Shown here: positions 27,926 through 42,850 of the stretch, piece after piece
Position numbering within the stretch: the stretch's first letter is position 1
How the letters are laid out: each line of letters starts with the position of its first letter
Source: Chrysomallon squamiferum
Lineage: Eukaryota; Animalia; Mollusca
Direction of reading: 5' to 3'
Assembly: GCA_012295275.1 (NCBI GenBank)
Contig: CM022671.1
Span: forward strand, 21,824,001-21,888,000
Length of the DNA: 64,000 nucleotides
Notes under the pieces: model-generated
The model's input: only the letters and a program-made list of their open reading frames with translations
Told to the model about the DNA's origin: nothing
Database searches by the model: none
Made by a program: the position numbers and the translations under genes

Positions 27926-28329
27926 GTGTATGAAAATCCGAATATTCATCAGCCAATGTCTCTGTCTGTGTGTATATACAATATGTTATTCTGTCTAACA
28001 AATGTGAAAAATCCTAACCATCACTGGTTTGTCTTTAAACGTTTCTCACTTTGGCTCTGTCTCTGTCTCATACACGCAAAATATACACACACACATATAT
28101 ATATATATATTTTTTTATGTATATACATAACGTAACCTCATTAGTGCCTTTTTACCAGACTTATTTTTAATCGTAATTTTGTTTTCTATGTAGTGAGTAA
28201 TATAATATTTACAAAACCCTTATTTTTTTATGCCAATTTAAAGCAGAATGTCTGCTACATTTTATTTCAAGTATATTATTAACTTACCGTAATATTTATA
28301 GTTCTTACATGTTTACCTAATTAATGTCA

Positions 28330-29230
28330 CAAACCGTATTATATAATTTCGAGAAGTTCGGTTATTTTATCAAACTAAGAACACTAGGATTAACAAACTG
28401 AAAATGGGCATTAAAATTCAAAGTAAATTGAGAAAGGCTGTCTGCAGAGGTGTTTACTGAGCGCCTATATTATATTATATTTTATTATATTATTGTTGTT
28501 GTTAACAGTAATACTAATAATAATGATGGTGATTATGACGTTAATGATGCTCATAATAATACTATTCTTCTTCATTTTTTCTTCTTCTTCTTATTGTTGT
28601 TGCTGCTGCTGCTTCTTCTGCCATTGTTACATGCGGATTCTGTTTTGTGGACGCCGTAACCAGTTTTCTTTATTAAGGTACAAAAAGATGTTACGCTCCT
28701 GTTTTCAGTTAACAGTTTCTGCTGATTTCTCTTTCAGGGCAACTCCTGACGCGGCCTTGGGAAAATAAAACAAGTGACAAGTTTTTGAAGTGAGGAGCAT
28801 GTACAGCAAATAAAAATTACATCTGTTTCCGCTTTTGTCTGAAATATAAATTTTATTTTATTTAAATTTATGTACTCCCACTTTGAAAAAATATATTATT
28901 TGACAAATAGCTTTTTTTTTATTAAAATTTAACAATAATTACTGTGGAGAAATCGTAAATATTGAACAGATGCTACATTAAGGTATAACATATTTTTCTG
29001 TCTGATAATTTATGATTATTAATAACATCTTTCTAGTATTGTAATATTAGAGCGGTATTGTTCCAGCCTACCTGTGTCATTAAAACAATATCTCGTAAAA
29101 TAATGGGTATGGAAACAGTAAAAAACTGTATAATATTCATCTCAATTACCACTGTTAATATAAATTTCAGAAATAAAAGCGGATCAATTGTCTTCTCTTT
29201 TATATATTCCCTTTATATATATCTATATGA

Positions 29231-29276
<46 letters not shown>

Positions 29277-29310
29277 GTGTGTCGGTGTGCGCTTGTGTGT
29301 ATGTACATGT

Positions 29311-29374
<64 letters not shown>

Positions 29375-29700
29375 TAATTACGCTATTTTACTCCTTTATA
29401 AGTGGTGCTTTTTTATTTGACGCAACTGCGTATTTGACTGACCGATAACTGGACAGTAAATATATGACGTAATGATGTAATAAATAGTGGTAGCGCTCAA
29501 ATTTCTAAACGTATTCTTTTGTTCTTCTTATACGTCGTTATTAATAAAAGCTATTATAAACTTTAAAATAATAAATAATATATAAATAGTGAGATAAATG
29601 AACATGAAATTACTATCAGTTATTTAATTATAAAAATGAAGTGTAATATAATAATAACAGTAAACAATAATTAAACATAATTAAAAATGTTCACCTGTTT
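28330..29700 (+). repeat. Segmental duplication block carrying the lectin's last intron, last exon (28738-28768) and 3' flank; other copies about 10880-12160 (original), 20730-21162, 45570-46830
   Basis: Near-identical sequence including ttctctttcag|ggcaactcctgacgcggcc...ggaaaataa. Confidence 0.85.
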
Positions 29701-30260
29701 TGGCTTTTTAATGTATTACACATGATTACCAATCTGTATAAATCTTTTTAGAAATAATTTTCGTTAACAGCATAAGATTGATAAAAAAAATGTGTATGTG
29801 TGTATGTGTGTGTGGTTGTGTGTGTGTGCGTGTGCGTGTGCGTGTGTGTTGGACGCAACTGAGTAATTAGAAGACGAGTCAAAATCAATATATTAAGAAG
29901 TAACATAAAGAAATGAATTAAATAAAGCGTACTTTCTTCTTGTTTTTTTTTTATAATGACAGACTAGACATTGACCTCTCCGCACAGCATACGTAACTCT
30001 TCCCCAAGAAGGGAGGTAACGCGATTGTTTCTAGGTCAGACGACCTTAAAATTGACTGCTGAGTTACGTAGACAGAGGGCTAAATTGCCGGTAAATGTCT
30101 CTCCGGGATTTAAAAAAAAAAGATACCTCTAAGTCTTTGAAAAAACATGGACATTGTTTCAAGTACTTCAGTGAAGGTACGTCACGATGCTAACATGTTT
30201 TGGAATGATGATGGCAACATTTTTACGTCACCTAATCGACGAAATAAGACAGTGTAATAT

Positions 30261-30295
<35 letters not shown>

Positions 30296-31704
30296 TTATC
30301 TTTTTAAAAATAAAATGTAATGATCCACTGGTGAACCAAGCACTGAGACTTTGAAATAAATATAAGAGGAAAAATACTGAGTTTACAATATCATGTGCGT
30401 GATTTTTATAGTGTTTCTCGAAGAGAGGGAAAATGTTATTATCATATACGAAGTTAGTCGAAAGAAAAATTACATTCCCATAAAATTTTATTATGAATTT
30501 ATTACTTGCGAAAGCTTTAAATTTCAAGAAGTGCATGAGTTAAACTAATCATCTATTGTTTATTTCTTTATTTCTTTATTTATATTTATTGTTATTATTT
30601 TTATTTTTATTTACTTAATAAAATAATACTCTGTGAAAGCTTTAAAAATGGAAGAAAGATCCCTATGCTCATGTTAAAATTTCACATTAATTACACATTA
30701 AACAAAATATATATATATATCTTTTTTATTATATTATCTGTCTTTTATATTTGACTTCTGGTTTGTCTTTCAGTTAGATACAAAAGCAGAGAATTTTAAT
30801 CTACTGCATACTTCCTAGATTCTAAAATTATTCTTATCAAAGAGCGAAAGAGAAAAATATTTTAGAGATAAAAAATACATATTTATTTTAAAAATAGTTC
30901 TTCTTTATAGTGTTACTTTAAACTATCCCTTTGAACTATAACTTTATTACAAATGTTTCCGTCACGTTTTGTATACTCTAGTTATTACTATCAATATTAT
31001 TATCATAATTGTTGTTGTTATCATTGTTATTATTGTCATAATCATTATTATTGTTAGATAGCCTGCATGCATCATTAAGACATTTTTATTTTCTTGTCAT
31101 ACTTTATGATTTTCAGAGATCCTTTTCCAGATTCACATATAATGATGATGCTTTCAAAATGCAGTGTTTTTATATTGTTTAGACACTTTTATTAAATGGT
31201 ACTGTCTTCTAAGAAGGAGATGAATTGTTTTGTTTCTTTAGACAGTATGCACACGCTATCAAAGGAAAGACACTTAAGAAACACTTTAAAATGGAAACAA
31301 TTGGTGTTTAAGTTGGGTGTTGTTAATGAGTTTTGCCATGTGCAATGCATAGTTATATTTGGACATCACATTCCACATACTGCCTTTGTTATTATTATAT
31401 TTTTTTTTTCAGAAGTTTTAATTTTTCGTTGTTATTGTTGTTGCATAAATGTTTTCGTATAATGAAATATAATGTCGAAAGAACAATATTTGGTCTTTAA
31501 CAAAAGCACTTACTTTGTTTTATATGTTATAAATAGTTTCTGTCTGAAAAAATATATTGTTTATGTCAGAAAAAAATACATAGTCTATGTCAGACACGAT
31601 ATATATATATAATATTCAAGTTTTCAATGTATAGTGAACTGTATGTAAAGTGATATCTCGTTCTGCAGTTGGAACCCGTTTTCTATCAAATTAATTACTA
31701 TTTT

Positions 31705-32275
31705 ACAATGATTCTTACACAGACCGTAGCTACTACATCTCTTTACCATGATTGTTACACAGACCGTAACTACTACATCTCTTTATGACGACTGTTACAC
31801 AGACCGCAACTACATCTCTTTACCATGATTTTTACATAGACCGCAACTACATCTCTTTACCATGATTTTTACATAGACCGTAACTACTACATCTTTTTAC
31901 CATGATTGTTACACAGACCGCAACTACATCTCTTTACCATGATTTTTACATAGACCGCAACTACATCTCTTTACCATGATTGTTACACAGACCGTAACTA
32001 CTACATCTTTTTACCATGTTTGTTACACAGACCGTGACTACTACATCTCTTTACCACTTTTGTTACACAGACCGCAACTATATCTCTTTACCATGATTGT
32101 TACACAGACTGTAACTACTACATCTCTTTGCCATGATTGTTACACAGACCGTAACTACTACATCTCTTTACCATGATTGTTACACAGACCGTAACTACAT
32201 CTCTTTACCATGTTTGTTACACAGACCGTAACTACATTTCTATACCACGTTTGTTACCGTAACTACATCTCTACA
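31705..32275 (+). repeat. 37-bp minisatellite (CAGACCGTAACTACATCTCTTTACCATGATTGTTACA), upstream of C1
   Basis: About 15 tandem units, some with a 3-bp CTA expansion. Confidence 0.9.
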
Positions 32276-33679
32276 GCTCATTCACTTCGGTATTTCTTGC
32301 TGTTAATAAAAACACAAATCGCGTATCTGGTTTAAACAGAATAAAAATCTTCATAAACAACAGTGATTTATCATTCAGATAGTTCTATCGTGTTTCTTTC
32401 AGTAAAAATCATGGCTTATTTGTTTATTTATTTATTTATATTCCTTTTTCTTTCTTTTCTTTCTTCCTTTATTTTCTTTCCTTTTATTTTATTTTTTTTT
32501 TTTTTTTTTTTTTTTTCATTAGAACAAAAAAAAAAGAAAAAAATTCATACACACAGAAAATTTAATTTTGTTTCTTCTTTTATAAAAAAAATACCCCGCT
32601 GTTCTGTCATTCAGGAAACACACCCACCCACACACACACACACAAAATAGTTGTAGCTGTAGTATCGTTAGATAGTAGTAGTAGTAATTTTAATAGTAAT
32701 AGAAGAAGCGGTCGGATAGTAATAATAGCAGTTGTAGTAGTAGCGATAGTAATAGTAGAAGTAGTAATAATAATACAAGTTGTAGTAGTAGCAGTATTAA
32801 TAGTAGTATTAATAGTAATAATAGAAACTGTAGTAGTTGTTTTGTGACGTAGTTCTCTGAACATGGCTAGATTTCTTTTAACGTAGGCCTCTCCATCCGA
32901 GGATTTACGGTACTTTTTAAAAACAAGATAGTATGACGGAGTGTTTCACATAAACAGCCAATGAGAGAACACCATATAAAAATATAAAAAAATTAAATTA
33001 AAAAAAAGAGTAAAACCATGAATAAAAGGACAAAACGAACAACTTCGTGGCATAATTGCATTCTGAATCGGCAGGTAAATTGTACTTGATCTTGCTCTTC
33101 ATTTCTACTCTGTTCTACCTTCACAACGCTATTCACTGTTCTAATGCGTGCTCTGGTACACCAGAGGCCGCGTTATAATTAAATACACATCTCTGTGAGA
33201 ATGAAATACTGTTATTCCATTCTTCATTTATGAATTCAAACTTTCTGAGTAACTGGATCTAAACTCATCAGCTCATTCACTTGGCTATTTCTTGAACAGG
33301 ACCAATCACTGACTACGGGAAGGTGCATATAAAAATCCCTTATAGTCAATCGCAAGACGGTAAAGATCCTTTTTTGTGCCTTAACTCTTTCGTCCTTAAA
33401 ACTATCTACGACACCATATAACAATTTGTTGTTTGTTGTTTTTGTGGTGGTGGTTCTTTGGAATGGAATGGAAAAAAATTAACGTGCTAATCAGAGCAAA
33501 CTGTTGTGAAGCACGTCTGCGACGGGCACGCTTTCTGACAGGTCTCTCTTATCTTTGTTTTTCTTCTTTTTTTATTATTTTTTTTTTTTAAAAATGTTTT
33601 TATAATTTTGTCGTTTGTTTCTTTTCCATTTTTTTTTTTTTTTTTTGACATCAATGTATTTTTCTTTTCTTCTGCAGAC

Positions 33680-34082
33680 ATGAAGGTGCTAGCATTCTGC
33701 ATTGTGCTGCTGTTGTTGCTAGGGTGCGCTCTCATCGGTTCAGCACGTCGCGCTTTCAAGGTGCGTATTTTACCGGGCAATACGAGATGCCACAGAGATG
33801 GAACCATGACAATCTTTATTCACCACAACCGATACGGACGTGTGCATGTTTGGTGGAGTGGATGGTGGGTAAGTAGGTGGTATTTTCGTGTTTAGTTTGC
33901 GCGTTCGAGTGTTTCGTACCGAAAAGTCGTTGATCCAGATCTATGCATCACAGTGCTAGGGAAAGTGATAGCACCCATTTTTGGTGTTTTTTCAGTAGCT
34001 GTTTTCAAACGCGAAAATCCGTTGATATCTCATATTTCATTAATTACATTTAAAAAAAAAAAAAAAAAAGGTGTGTATGTAC

Positions 34083-34120
<38 letters not shown>

Positions 34121-34426
34121 TATTAAATAAATAAATATAAAATAAAATATTGGTTCGTTTGTGTATGTTATATTACGTAGTGTATGTTATTTATTTATTT
34201 CTTATTTATTTCTTTGTTTACCTACTTACTATTACAGGTAACATGTAAGAGTTATGTAAGCCGATTTCTGTACGGATGGATACAAGTCTGTAGAGTTATA
34301 AGTCAGACAGGAAGGTTTACTGTTAAATACAATAGCGGCTGGTTCTGTTGGAGAAACTACGACACTATTACATTCGACAAGTGTAAAATAACATCATATC
34401 CCTGTTGGTACAGGTACGGCAAATGA
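33680..34426 (+). CDS. Family gene C1, 125 aa, Trp/Arg-rich; exons 33680-33868, 34238-34426
   Basis: MKVLAFCIVLLLLLGCALIGSA-RRAFKVRILPGNTRCHRDGTMTIFIHHNRYGRVHVWWSGWW|VTCKSYVSRFLYGWIQVCRVISQTGRFTVKYNSGWFCWRNYDTITFDKCKITSYPCWYRYGK*; donor GTAAGT. Confidence 0.88.
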
Positions 34427-34544
34427 TTTAAAGACGTAAAAAAAAAAAGAAATAATAATAATAATAATAACTGCAACGAAGAAAAATAAAGAAATTATGC
34501 ATCCATTTGTTTTGTTTCTCTCTTTTTTCATACTCTTCTGTTAT

Positions 34545-34642
<98 letters not shown>

Positions 34643-35852
34643 ATGGGTCAACCCTAGGTCTATTATTAAGTATAGTAAGATTTTCTTACCGCATTGCAAA
34701 AAGCAGGAAAGGGTGCTATCACAAAACACTAATATGGTGTTAAAAATTGTTAGAAATGGGCACCAGAATTTAACTATGCTCAGGGCATCAACAGAAATTA
34801 ATCCAGCCCTGTATGTGAGTGATTTTTATACATTTCCATGACAAAATACCTGTCACTAACCTCACTGGTTCTATACAAGACAAGGAAAATGAATCTTCCA
34901 TTACACATTTTTAAAAAGTTCTTATAGTCAGTAGTTTTTATTAACGTACGAAGTTAGTCGAAAGGAAAATTACATTCCCATAAAATTTTATTATGAATTT
35001 ATTATTTCTGAAAGCTTTAAATTTCAAGGAAGTACATGAGTTAAACTAATCATCATTTTTAGATGTGTTGTTTATTTATTTATTTATATTTAATGTTATT
35101 ATTTTTCTTTTTATTTACTTAATAAAATAATACTCTGTGAAAGCTTTAAATATGGAAGAAAGATCCCTAACCTCATGTTAAAATTCTTTATTAATTAAAC
35201 TTTAAATATATATACATATATATTTATTTATTTGACTTCTGCAAACAAATGCATAAATTATAAAATTTTCAAAAATCGGAAAAGAAACAATAATGTAATT
35301 CATCAAAGTGTATCATTCTTGGTGATCTAAATGTCAGTTCATAAAAATACTTATCTAGCTTGGTGTTAAATTACTAAGGTAATTAATATGGGAACACTTA
35401 TCAAGTAATACGATAGGACAGACATATTTTATTGACAAGAATAGTAGTAAACGGTAAGAAAAAAAAAAAAAAAAAATTCACGACAAAATATCAAATGAAC
35501 AAACAAAAGACACACTAAAACTACTAATCAATTTTTTCACAGGAATAGACAGGACAGGTGTGAAACACATTAAGTCCAGTATGTTGTACATTACTGATCT
35601 TACTGATAAGTATTAAAAAGCCCACAATAAATAGTAAACGAAAAAAAAAAAAAGAGAAAAGAGAGAAAAAAATCAGGATAAAATATCAAATGACCAGATA
35701 AAAGACACAGGAAAAGTACTGATCAATATTTTCACAGAAATTGATAGGACTGGTGTATGCTAACGATCACACTGACAGAAACAGATAGGACAGGTGACAA
35801 GTATACTGAGTAAATCCAACATGTTGTACTAAATTTCACAATAAAAAAAAAA

Positions 35853-35886
<34 letters not shown>

Positions 35887-36037
35887 ATTAATAAAAATAG
35901 TCAAATGTAATAAAAAAAAATAAAAATAATAATAAATAAATAAAAAAATTAATAAAATAAAATAAAATTCCATTAATACAATAGATAGAAATGGGAACAA
36001 AATATCCAATGAAAAGACATAAGACAATATCTATATT

Positions 36038-36150
36038 TCGCTGGGGTTTGCCTTAAAGCAATCAGTACGCCCTGTTTACGAGACAAAAATTATGGGAGGC
36101 TTTGGAAAGTGTAATGTCGACGGAACCAGGTCAGTCCGCTTTTATCTACT
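36038..36150 (+). pseudogene. 5'-truncated relic of first coding exon of a divergent (F-type) family member
   Basis: SLGFALKQSVRPVYETKIMGGFGKCNVDGTRSVRFY aligns with SLGCAVSGPARDLYEIRILPDETTCYRDGTMSIVY; no ATG or acceptor. Confidence 0.65.
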
Positions 36151-36436
36151 ACTACAACGATAACTGCTAATACCACCATTACAATTATTACTACTATTAC
36201 TATTACCAGTACAATTACTACTACTAATATTAATAATACTGATTCAACTAATGCCAGCACTACAATTGCTACTACTACCATTACCAGTACAATTACTACT
36301 AAAAGAACGATACTTCTGTTTTAGATATGGTTTGATGCATTAGATATTTAATACCACAAAGACAAAATCTGTGATATTTATTCTAATTTTTTATTTAAAT
36401 ACAAGAAAGAGACAGAGAGAATGTGTGTGAAAGAGA

Positions 36437-36522
<86 letters not shown>

Positions 36523-36901
36523 TAAACTGACCTCACAAGAAACAACAATAACAACACTGATACCAAAAATACAAATCACGACAAAACATCCAGTGAACAC
36601 AGTAAAAATATTGATCAATATTTTCAACAAAAAAAACTGACAATAAATAAAATAAAATAAAATAAACTCCATTAATTCCCAAAAAAAAGAAGAAAAAAAG
36701 AAGAAGATATCAGAACAAACTGTCTAATGAAAGGCAAACGACAGAATATATCTGCAGTAATATTCTGAATAACGCGAAAGATAATGAAGAACGGAATTTA
36801 ATAATTCCCGAATAACCAAGTAAGACAAACTTAATTTTTTCTTCTTCTTCTTTTCTTATCATGGTACACTGTTAAAAAGCAAAATTTGGTTTTGTGCAGA
36901 C

Positions 36902-37255
36902 ATGAAGAGCCTAGCAGTTTGTCTTGTGGTGATACTTTAGCTGGGGTAGTCAGTAAGATACCAAGGTAAAAATTGTAATGTCACGGAACTATGACTAATA
37001 ATACTAATAATAATGTTACTGCTACCACCAGGACGACTATTATTACTACCAAAACTGACGCATAAACATATTTGATTTTTTTTGTAAGTATAACTGTAGT
37101 AGTAGTATAGTAATTTTAGTGGTGCCTACAATTAGTTTTTTCTATCAAGCCATTTATTTATTTGCAGATAAGATGATCTCAGATTTGTTTATAGATTGAT
37201 CTAAGCCAATCAGGAACTTTCACTTTCAAATATAATGTCGGTTTATTCATGGCAA
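36902..37255 (+). pseudogene. Decayed two-exon F-type family member
   Basis: gtgcag|acATG MKSLAVCLVVIL*LG with stops, tgtaatgtcacggaactatg (C...GTM relic); second relic tttgcag|ATA AGA TGA...SQSGTFTFKYNVG (37168-37250). Confidence 0.65.
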
Positions 37256-37527
37256 AAAAATATATAGTTTATGTCAAGTTTGTACTGTACAGTGAATTGT
37301 ATATAAAGTGGCATCTTGTTGTGCAGTTGGAGTCAGTGCTGTATCAAATGATATTCTTCAAATATCAAAACAGGAAATTTATTTTGCCCATGTATTTCAT
37401 GTTACTAATAAAGTGGACATAAAATGGATTCGAATGTTTTGTCGCCTTCCGCATAAAGTGATCTATTTGAGATATTTTTGCAAATTTAATTCTGTTCGTT
37501 CCGATTACCGATAATCGCTGTTTTAAA

Positions 37528-38480
37528 GACCGTAACTACATTTCTTTACGATGATTGTTACACAGACTGTAACTACATCTCTTTACCATGATTGTTACAC
37601 AGACCGCAACTACATCTCTTTAAATATGATAATTAAACAGACCTTAACTATCTCTCGTTAGCATGAATGTTACACAGACTGTAATTACATCTCTTTACCA
37701 CGACTGTTACACAGATTGTAACAACATCTCTTTACCAAAATTGTTACAGAGACCGTAACTACATCTCTTTACCACGATTGTTACACAGACTGTAACTACA
37801 TCTCTTTACCATGATTGTTACATCTCTTTAACATGATTTTTACACAGACTGTAACCATCTCTCGTTACCATGATTGTTACACGGACCGCAACTACATCTC
37901 TTTACAAAGATTGTCACAGAGACTGTAACTACATCTCTTTACATGATTGTTACACAGACCTTAACTAAACGTCTTAACCACGATTATTACACAAACCGTA
38001 ACTACATCTCTTTACCACGATTGTTACACAGACCGTAACTACAACTCTTCACCGCTAGTGTTACACAGTCTGTAACAACATCTCTTTACCACGATTGTTC
38101 ACAGACTATAAATACATCGCTTTATCATGATTGTTCACAGACTATAAATACACAGACTGTAACCATATCTCGTTACCACGATTGTTACACAGACCGTAAC
38201 TGTCTCTCTTTATATGATTGTTACACAGACCTTAACTACATGTCTTTACCACGATTGTTACACTGACAGTAACTACATTTCTTTACCATGATTGTTACAC
38301 AAACCGTAACTACATCTCTTTACCATGATTGTTACACAGACCGTAACTACATCTCTTTACCATGATTGTTACACAGACCGTAACTACATCTCTTTACCAT
38401 GATTGTTACACAGACCGTAACTACATCTCTTTACCATGATTGTTACACAGGCTGTAACTGCATCTCTTTACCATGATTGT
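37528..38480 (+). repeat. 37-bp minisatellite array upstream of gene D
   Basis: About 25 units; the 3' units are nearly perfect. Confidence 0.9.
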
Positions 38481-39290
38481 TGTTTGGCTTCACAACACTT
38501 TGAATAACACAAAAGATTGTTGTCTAAAGTAATGGCCGATAAAAGATAATGCGCTCATCCTCGATAGTCATTGGTCAACACAAGATGTCAATCATGGATG
38601 TCAATCAGTGGCTGAATTTGTGACACACAAACACACACGCACGCACACATACACACAATATTTCTCATAAACAACCAATGAGAGAAAACTACATAAAAAT
38701 ACATCCTCCTCTACGTGAATAAAAGGGCAAAACGAAGAACTTCGTCATATGATTGAATTCTAAATCAGCAGGTAAGTTATACTTCAATTGTTCTTCAATT
38801 CATGTATCAAGACCGGTTTTTCCAAGCACTATCTATGTGAAGGTGCATACAAAAATTCCTTTTTATACGTCATCTCTTCGTCCTTAAAACATAACTATTA
38901 TATAATAGTAGGTTAAATACGTGTTGACTGTCTTTAAAGAAGAATTTTCTTATTTGCTTTTTGACTTCAGTGTTTGACTGTTTGTTTGTTTTGTGTGTTG
39001 TTCCCTGTTGGTTTTGTCGTCATTTTTTTTTTTTTTTGTAATATTATTTTCATTAGTTTCAAAGTTTCTTTTGTGAGGGTTGAGTTTTTGATGTTTGGTT
39101 GGTTTTTTGGGCGTTTTTAAAAAAAAAATTGTTGTTGTTATTTTATTGTTACATCTTTTTATTTATTTTTTTAACAGTTTTGTTGTTGTTGTTTTCTTTT
39201 GTTTTGTTTGTTATTGTTTATTTGGAAGGGGCGTTGCTGTTGTTTTTATTTTTTTTTTAAATAAATTTAATTTTCCATTTTTCTGCAGAT

Positions 39291-40606
39291 ATGAAGATCC
39301 TCGCAGTCTGTCTTGTGCTGTTGTTGTCGCTAGGGTGCGCTGTCAGCGGTCCAGCACCTGATATTTACCAGATGGGAATTTTACCGCAAAGAACGAGCTG
39401 TGAAAATGATGGAACCATGTCAATCGTCTATTACTACCTGGGTTATGGATATGTGTCTACGCTTTGGAATAACGGTTCGGTATGTAGCTGGCATTTTCAT
39501 CTTTAATTCGTGAGTTTAAGTTTGTTAGGTAACGAGTTTGAGAGTTTTGTACCGATAAGTCTTTAATCCAAATGTGACGCATACTGAAAATCTGTAGTCT
39601 CTCTATGGTGAAGTTATATATATACACAATAATGTAAGTCAAAAATGAAGTCGCGTGTGAATTTGAAATTAATTTCAATGCGCACAAAAGGCCAGAGTGA
39701 TTAAGACCTATTTTATTTTGTTGGTGTTTTTCAAATGGGAAAACACTATATATATATATATATATATCAATAATTCTATCTATCCACTAGAGAAATAAAC
39801 AAAACACAAGTTAAGGTACACGTTAATTATTTAATTATGATATAGAGGTTACTTGATAATAATACATTATACAGTCGATAAAACATATGTTTAAGTAATT
39901 TTGATTAATGATACGAGTAAGGTCATACCAGGAACCAAGACAAAATAAGAAACTGCACGTAGGACAGATTAAACAATAAATATTTTAGGTATATTAAATG
40001 TTATTGACATAGGTTAACTGCACATTTCACCCTATCAAAATAAGAATAGACAATGCCTTACTATCCTGACTGAGCTCTCGTGTTGGCCTTTTCCTTCTAC
40101 CTTTAATTACCAAGTGCCAGCTTTTTTAAAACAACACCATAGAGTTGAAAAATTGGCGACAAAAATAAAAAGTGCGGACGTAGTTGAAGTGTAAATTGCT
40201 TACGCAATTTGAATTCATGACAAAAAAATAAACAGATGGATATCACACCAAAAAAAAAATCATAATTCGTTCGCAATATTATTATTATTATTAAATAAAA
40301 ATAAATAAATAAATATAAAATAAAATAATTGTGACTTTATATGTGTTATATTATGTAACATATATATTATTTATTCATTATTTCTTTCTTTCTTTACTAT
40401 TACAGAAAAGATGTACCAAAGTTGATATAATTAACTCCTCGCGAACTGTTGTCGGAGGGATAGTAACCTGTCGAGTCAGCAGCCAGTCAGGAACGTTTAC
40501 TATTAGATACTGGGGCGGTTCGATCTGCTCGAAAAACTACGATTCCATTACATACGACAGGTGCCAAAAAATGTCACATATGTGTGGTTTAATGTACGGC
40601 AAATGA
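39291..40606 (+). CDS. Family gene D, 129 aa; exons 39291-39479, 40406-40606
   Basis: MKILAVCLVLLLSLGCAVS-GPAPDIYQMGILPQRTSCENDGTMSIVYYYLGYGYVSTLWNNGS|KRCTKVDIINSSRTVVGGIVTCRVSSQSGTFTIRYWGGSICSKNYDSITYDRCQKMSHMCGLMYGK*. Confidence 0.88.
39775..40221. mobile_element. Deleted copy of the 15122-16503 LTR-like element in gene D intron 2
   Basis: Matches about 15255-15555 and ends TTACGCAATTTGAATTCATGACA, like the 16480-16503 terminus. Confidence 0.6.
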
Positions 40607-40766
40607 TTTAAACACGGGAAAAAAGAAAAATAATAATAATAATAACTGAAACAAAGAAAACAACTGTATTTCAAGATTTTCGTTTGTTTATAACAGGAAT
40701 TAGAAAAATAAAGAAATAATGCATCCATTTGTTTTATTTGTCTTTCTTTTCGTTCTCTTCTGTAAT

Positions 40767-40850
<84 letters not shown>

Positions 40851-41795
40851 CTCTCTGCTCAGAATGAGGAAAATGGTTAGTAAAATACAATAAAAATTAA
40901 CTACTTCTTGCTTCAAACCATTAAATACATTATTAGAGTTTATAAAATTATAATTTTGTTTTCTATGTAGTGAGTAATATAATATTTACAAAACCCTTAT
41001 TTTTCTATGCCCATTTAAAGCAGAATGTCTGCTACATTTTATTTTAAGTATATTATTAACTTACCGTAATATTTATTTAATTATCGTGTATAAACATGTT
41101 TATAATTTATATTTTTACAGTTCTTACATTATTAATTACAGTTTTGTAATTATCTTCGTAAAGAGATGTAGTTACGGTTTAACAATCTTGTAAAGATATG
41201 TAGTTACAGTATGTGTAACAAACATGGTAAAGATATTTAGTTACGGGTCTGTGTAAGAATCGTGGTAAAGAGATGTAGATACGGTCTGTGTAACAGCGTG
41301 GTAAAAAGATCTAGTAGTTACGGTCTGTGTAACAATCCTGGTAAAGAGATGTAGTTACGGTCTGTGTAATAAACGTGGTAAGGAGATGGATAAGGTCTGT
41401 TTAACAATCATGATAAAAACATGTAGTTACAATATGTGTAACAATCAGGATAAAGAGATGTATTTACAGTCTGTGTAACAATCGTGGTAAAGAGATGTAG
41501 TTACCGTAAGTTGGAGCACTCGTAAGTCGAGATACGACTGTATATTATATAATATAACATACACAAACGGACAAATATTGTATTTTATATATATATATAT
41601 ATTTTTTATTATTTTTTTAATAATAATAATAATACATACATACATACATACATAATTCCTTCTCCTTTCTTTGTATCTGTATGTTTAAAAAAAATGGTAC
41701 TTCTGTGTCAGATATGCTTTGGTGCATTACAAATTTAATACCACAAAGAGAAAATCTGTGATATTTATTTTAAATCAATTTTTTTTTTTTTTATT

Positions 41796-41873
<78 letters not shown>

Positions 41874-41877
<4 letters not shown>

Positions 41878-42041
41878 GAATTGTTTACGGATGGAAAAAC
41901 ACCTGTAGAGTTAGCAGCCAGACAGGAACGTTTACTGTTAGATACAGGGGCGGCTCGATCTGTTCGAGGAACTACGATTCCATTACATACAACAACTGTG
42001 TAAAAACATCACATATGTGTGGGTTAATGTTCGACAAATGA
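41874..42041 (+). pseudogene. 5'-truncated B-type terminal exon fused to a (GA)n tract
   Basis: S*IVYGWKNTCRVSSQTGTFTVRYRGGSICSRNYDSITYNNCVKTSHMCGLMFDK*; CGA>TGA at 41877; no acceptor. Confidence 0.8.
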
Positions 42042-42197
42042 TTTAAACACGTAAAGGAAGAAAAAAAAAATATTAATAACTGCAACAACGAAAAAAACTA
42101 TTTCCAACTGTTCCTTTGTTTGTAGTAACAATTAGAAAAATAAAGAAATTATGCATCCATATGCTTTGTTTTCTCTTTTTTCCTACTCTTCTGTAAT

Positions 42198-42322
<125 letters not shown>

Positions 42323-42525
42323 TTTACTCTTCTCTGTATGTTTAAAAATATAATACTTCTGTTCTAGATATGCGTTGATGCATTAGGAATTTAATAGCAC
42401 AAAGAGAAAAGCTGTGATATTTATTCTAATTTTTTTTTATTTAAATAAAACAAAGAGACTGAGAAAGGAGGTGATCGAGACAAACAGACCGATTCAGTGA
42501 TACACACACACACACACACACACAC

Positions 42526-42633
<108 letters not shown>

Positions 42634-42800
42634 ATTGGCCTCTTCGCACAGCATACGTAACTCCTGCCCAATAAGGTAGGTAACCCGATTGTTTCTAGAT
42701 TAGACTAGCTTGAATCTGGCTGCCGAATTACGTAGACAGAGGGCTAAAATGTCCGATCTGCCGGTGAAAATCTCTCCAGATTTGTATATTGATTACTCTA

Positions 42801-42850
42801 AGCCAATCAGGAACTTTCACTTTCTGATATAATGGCGGTTCATTCATGGC
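42801..42850 (+). pseudogene. Short relic of F-type terminal exon
   Basis: SQSGTFTF*YNGGSF, homologous to SQSGTFTIRYWGGSI and to 37204-37250. Confidence 0.5.

Noticed and set aside
37528-38480. 37-bp repeats as a CRISPR array
   Set aside because: Units are head-to-tail with no unique spacers, no cas genes, and the DNA is eukaryotic.
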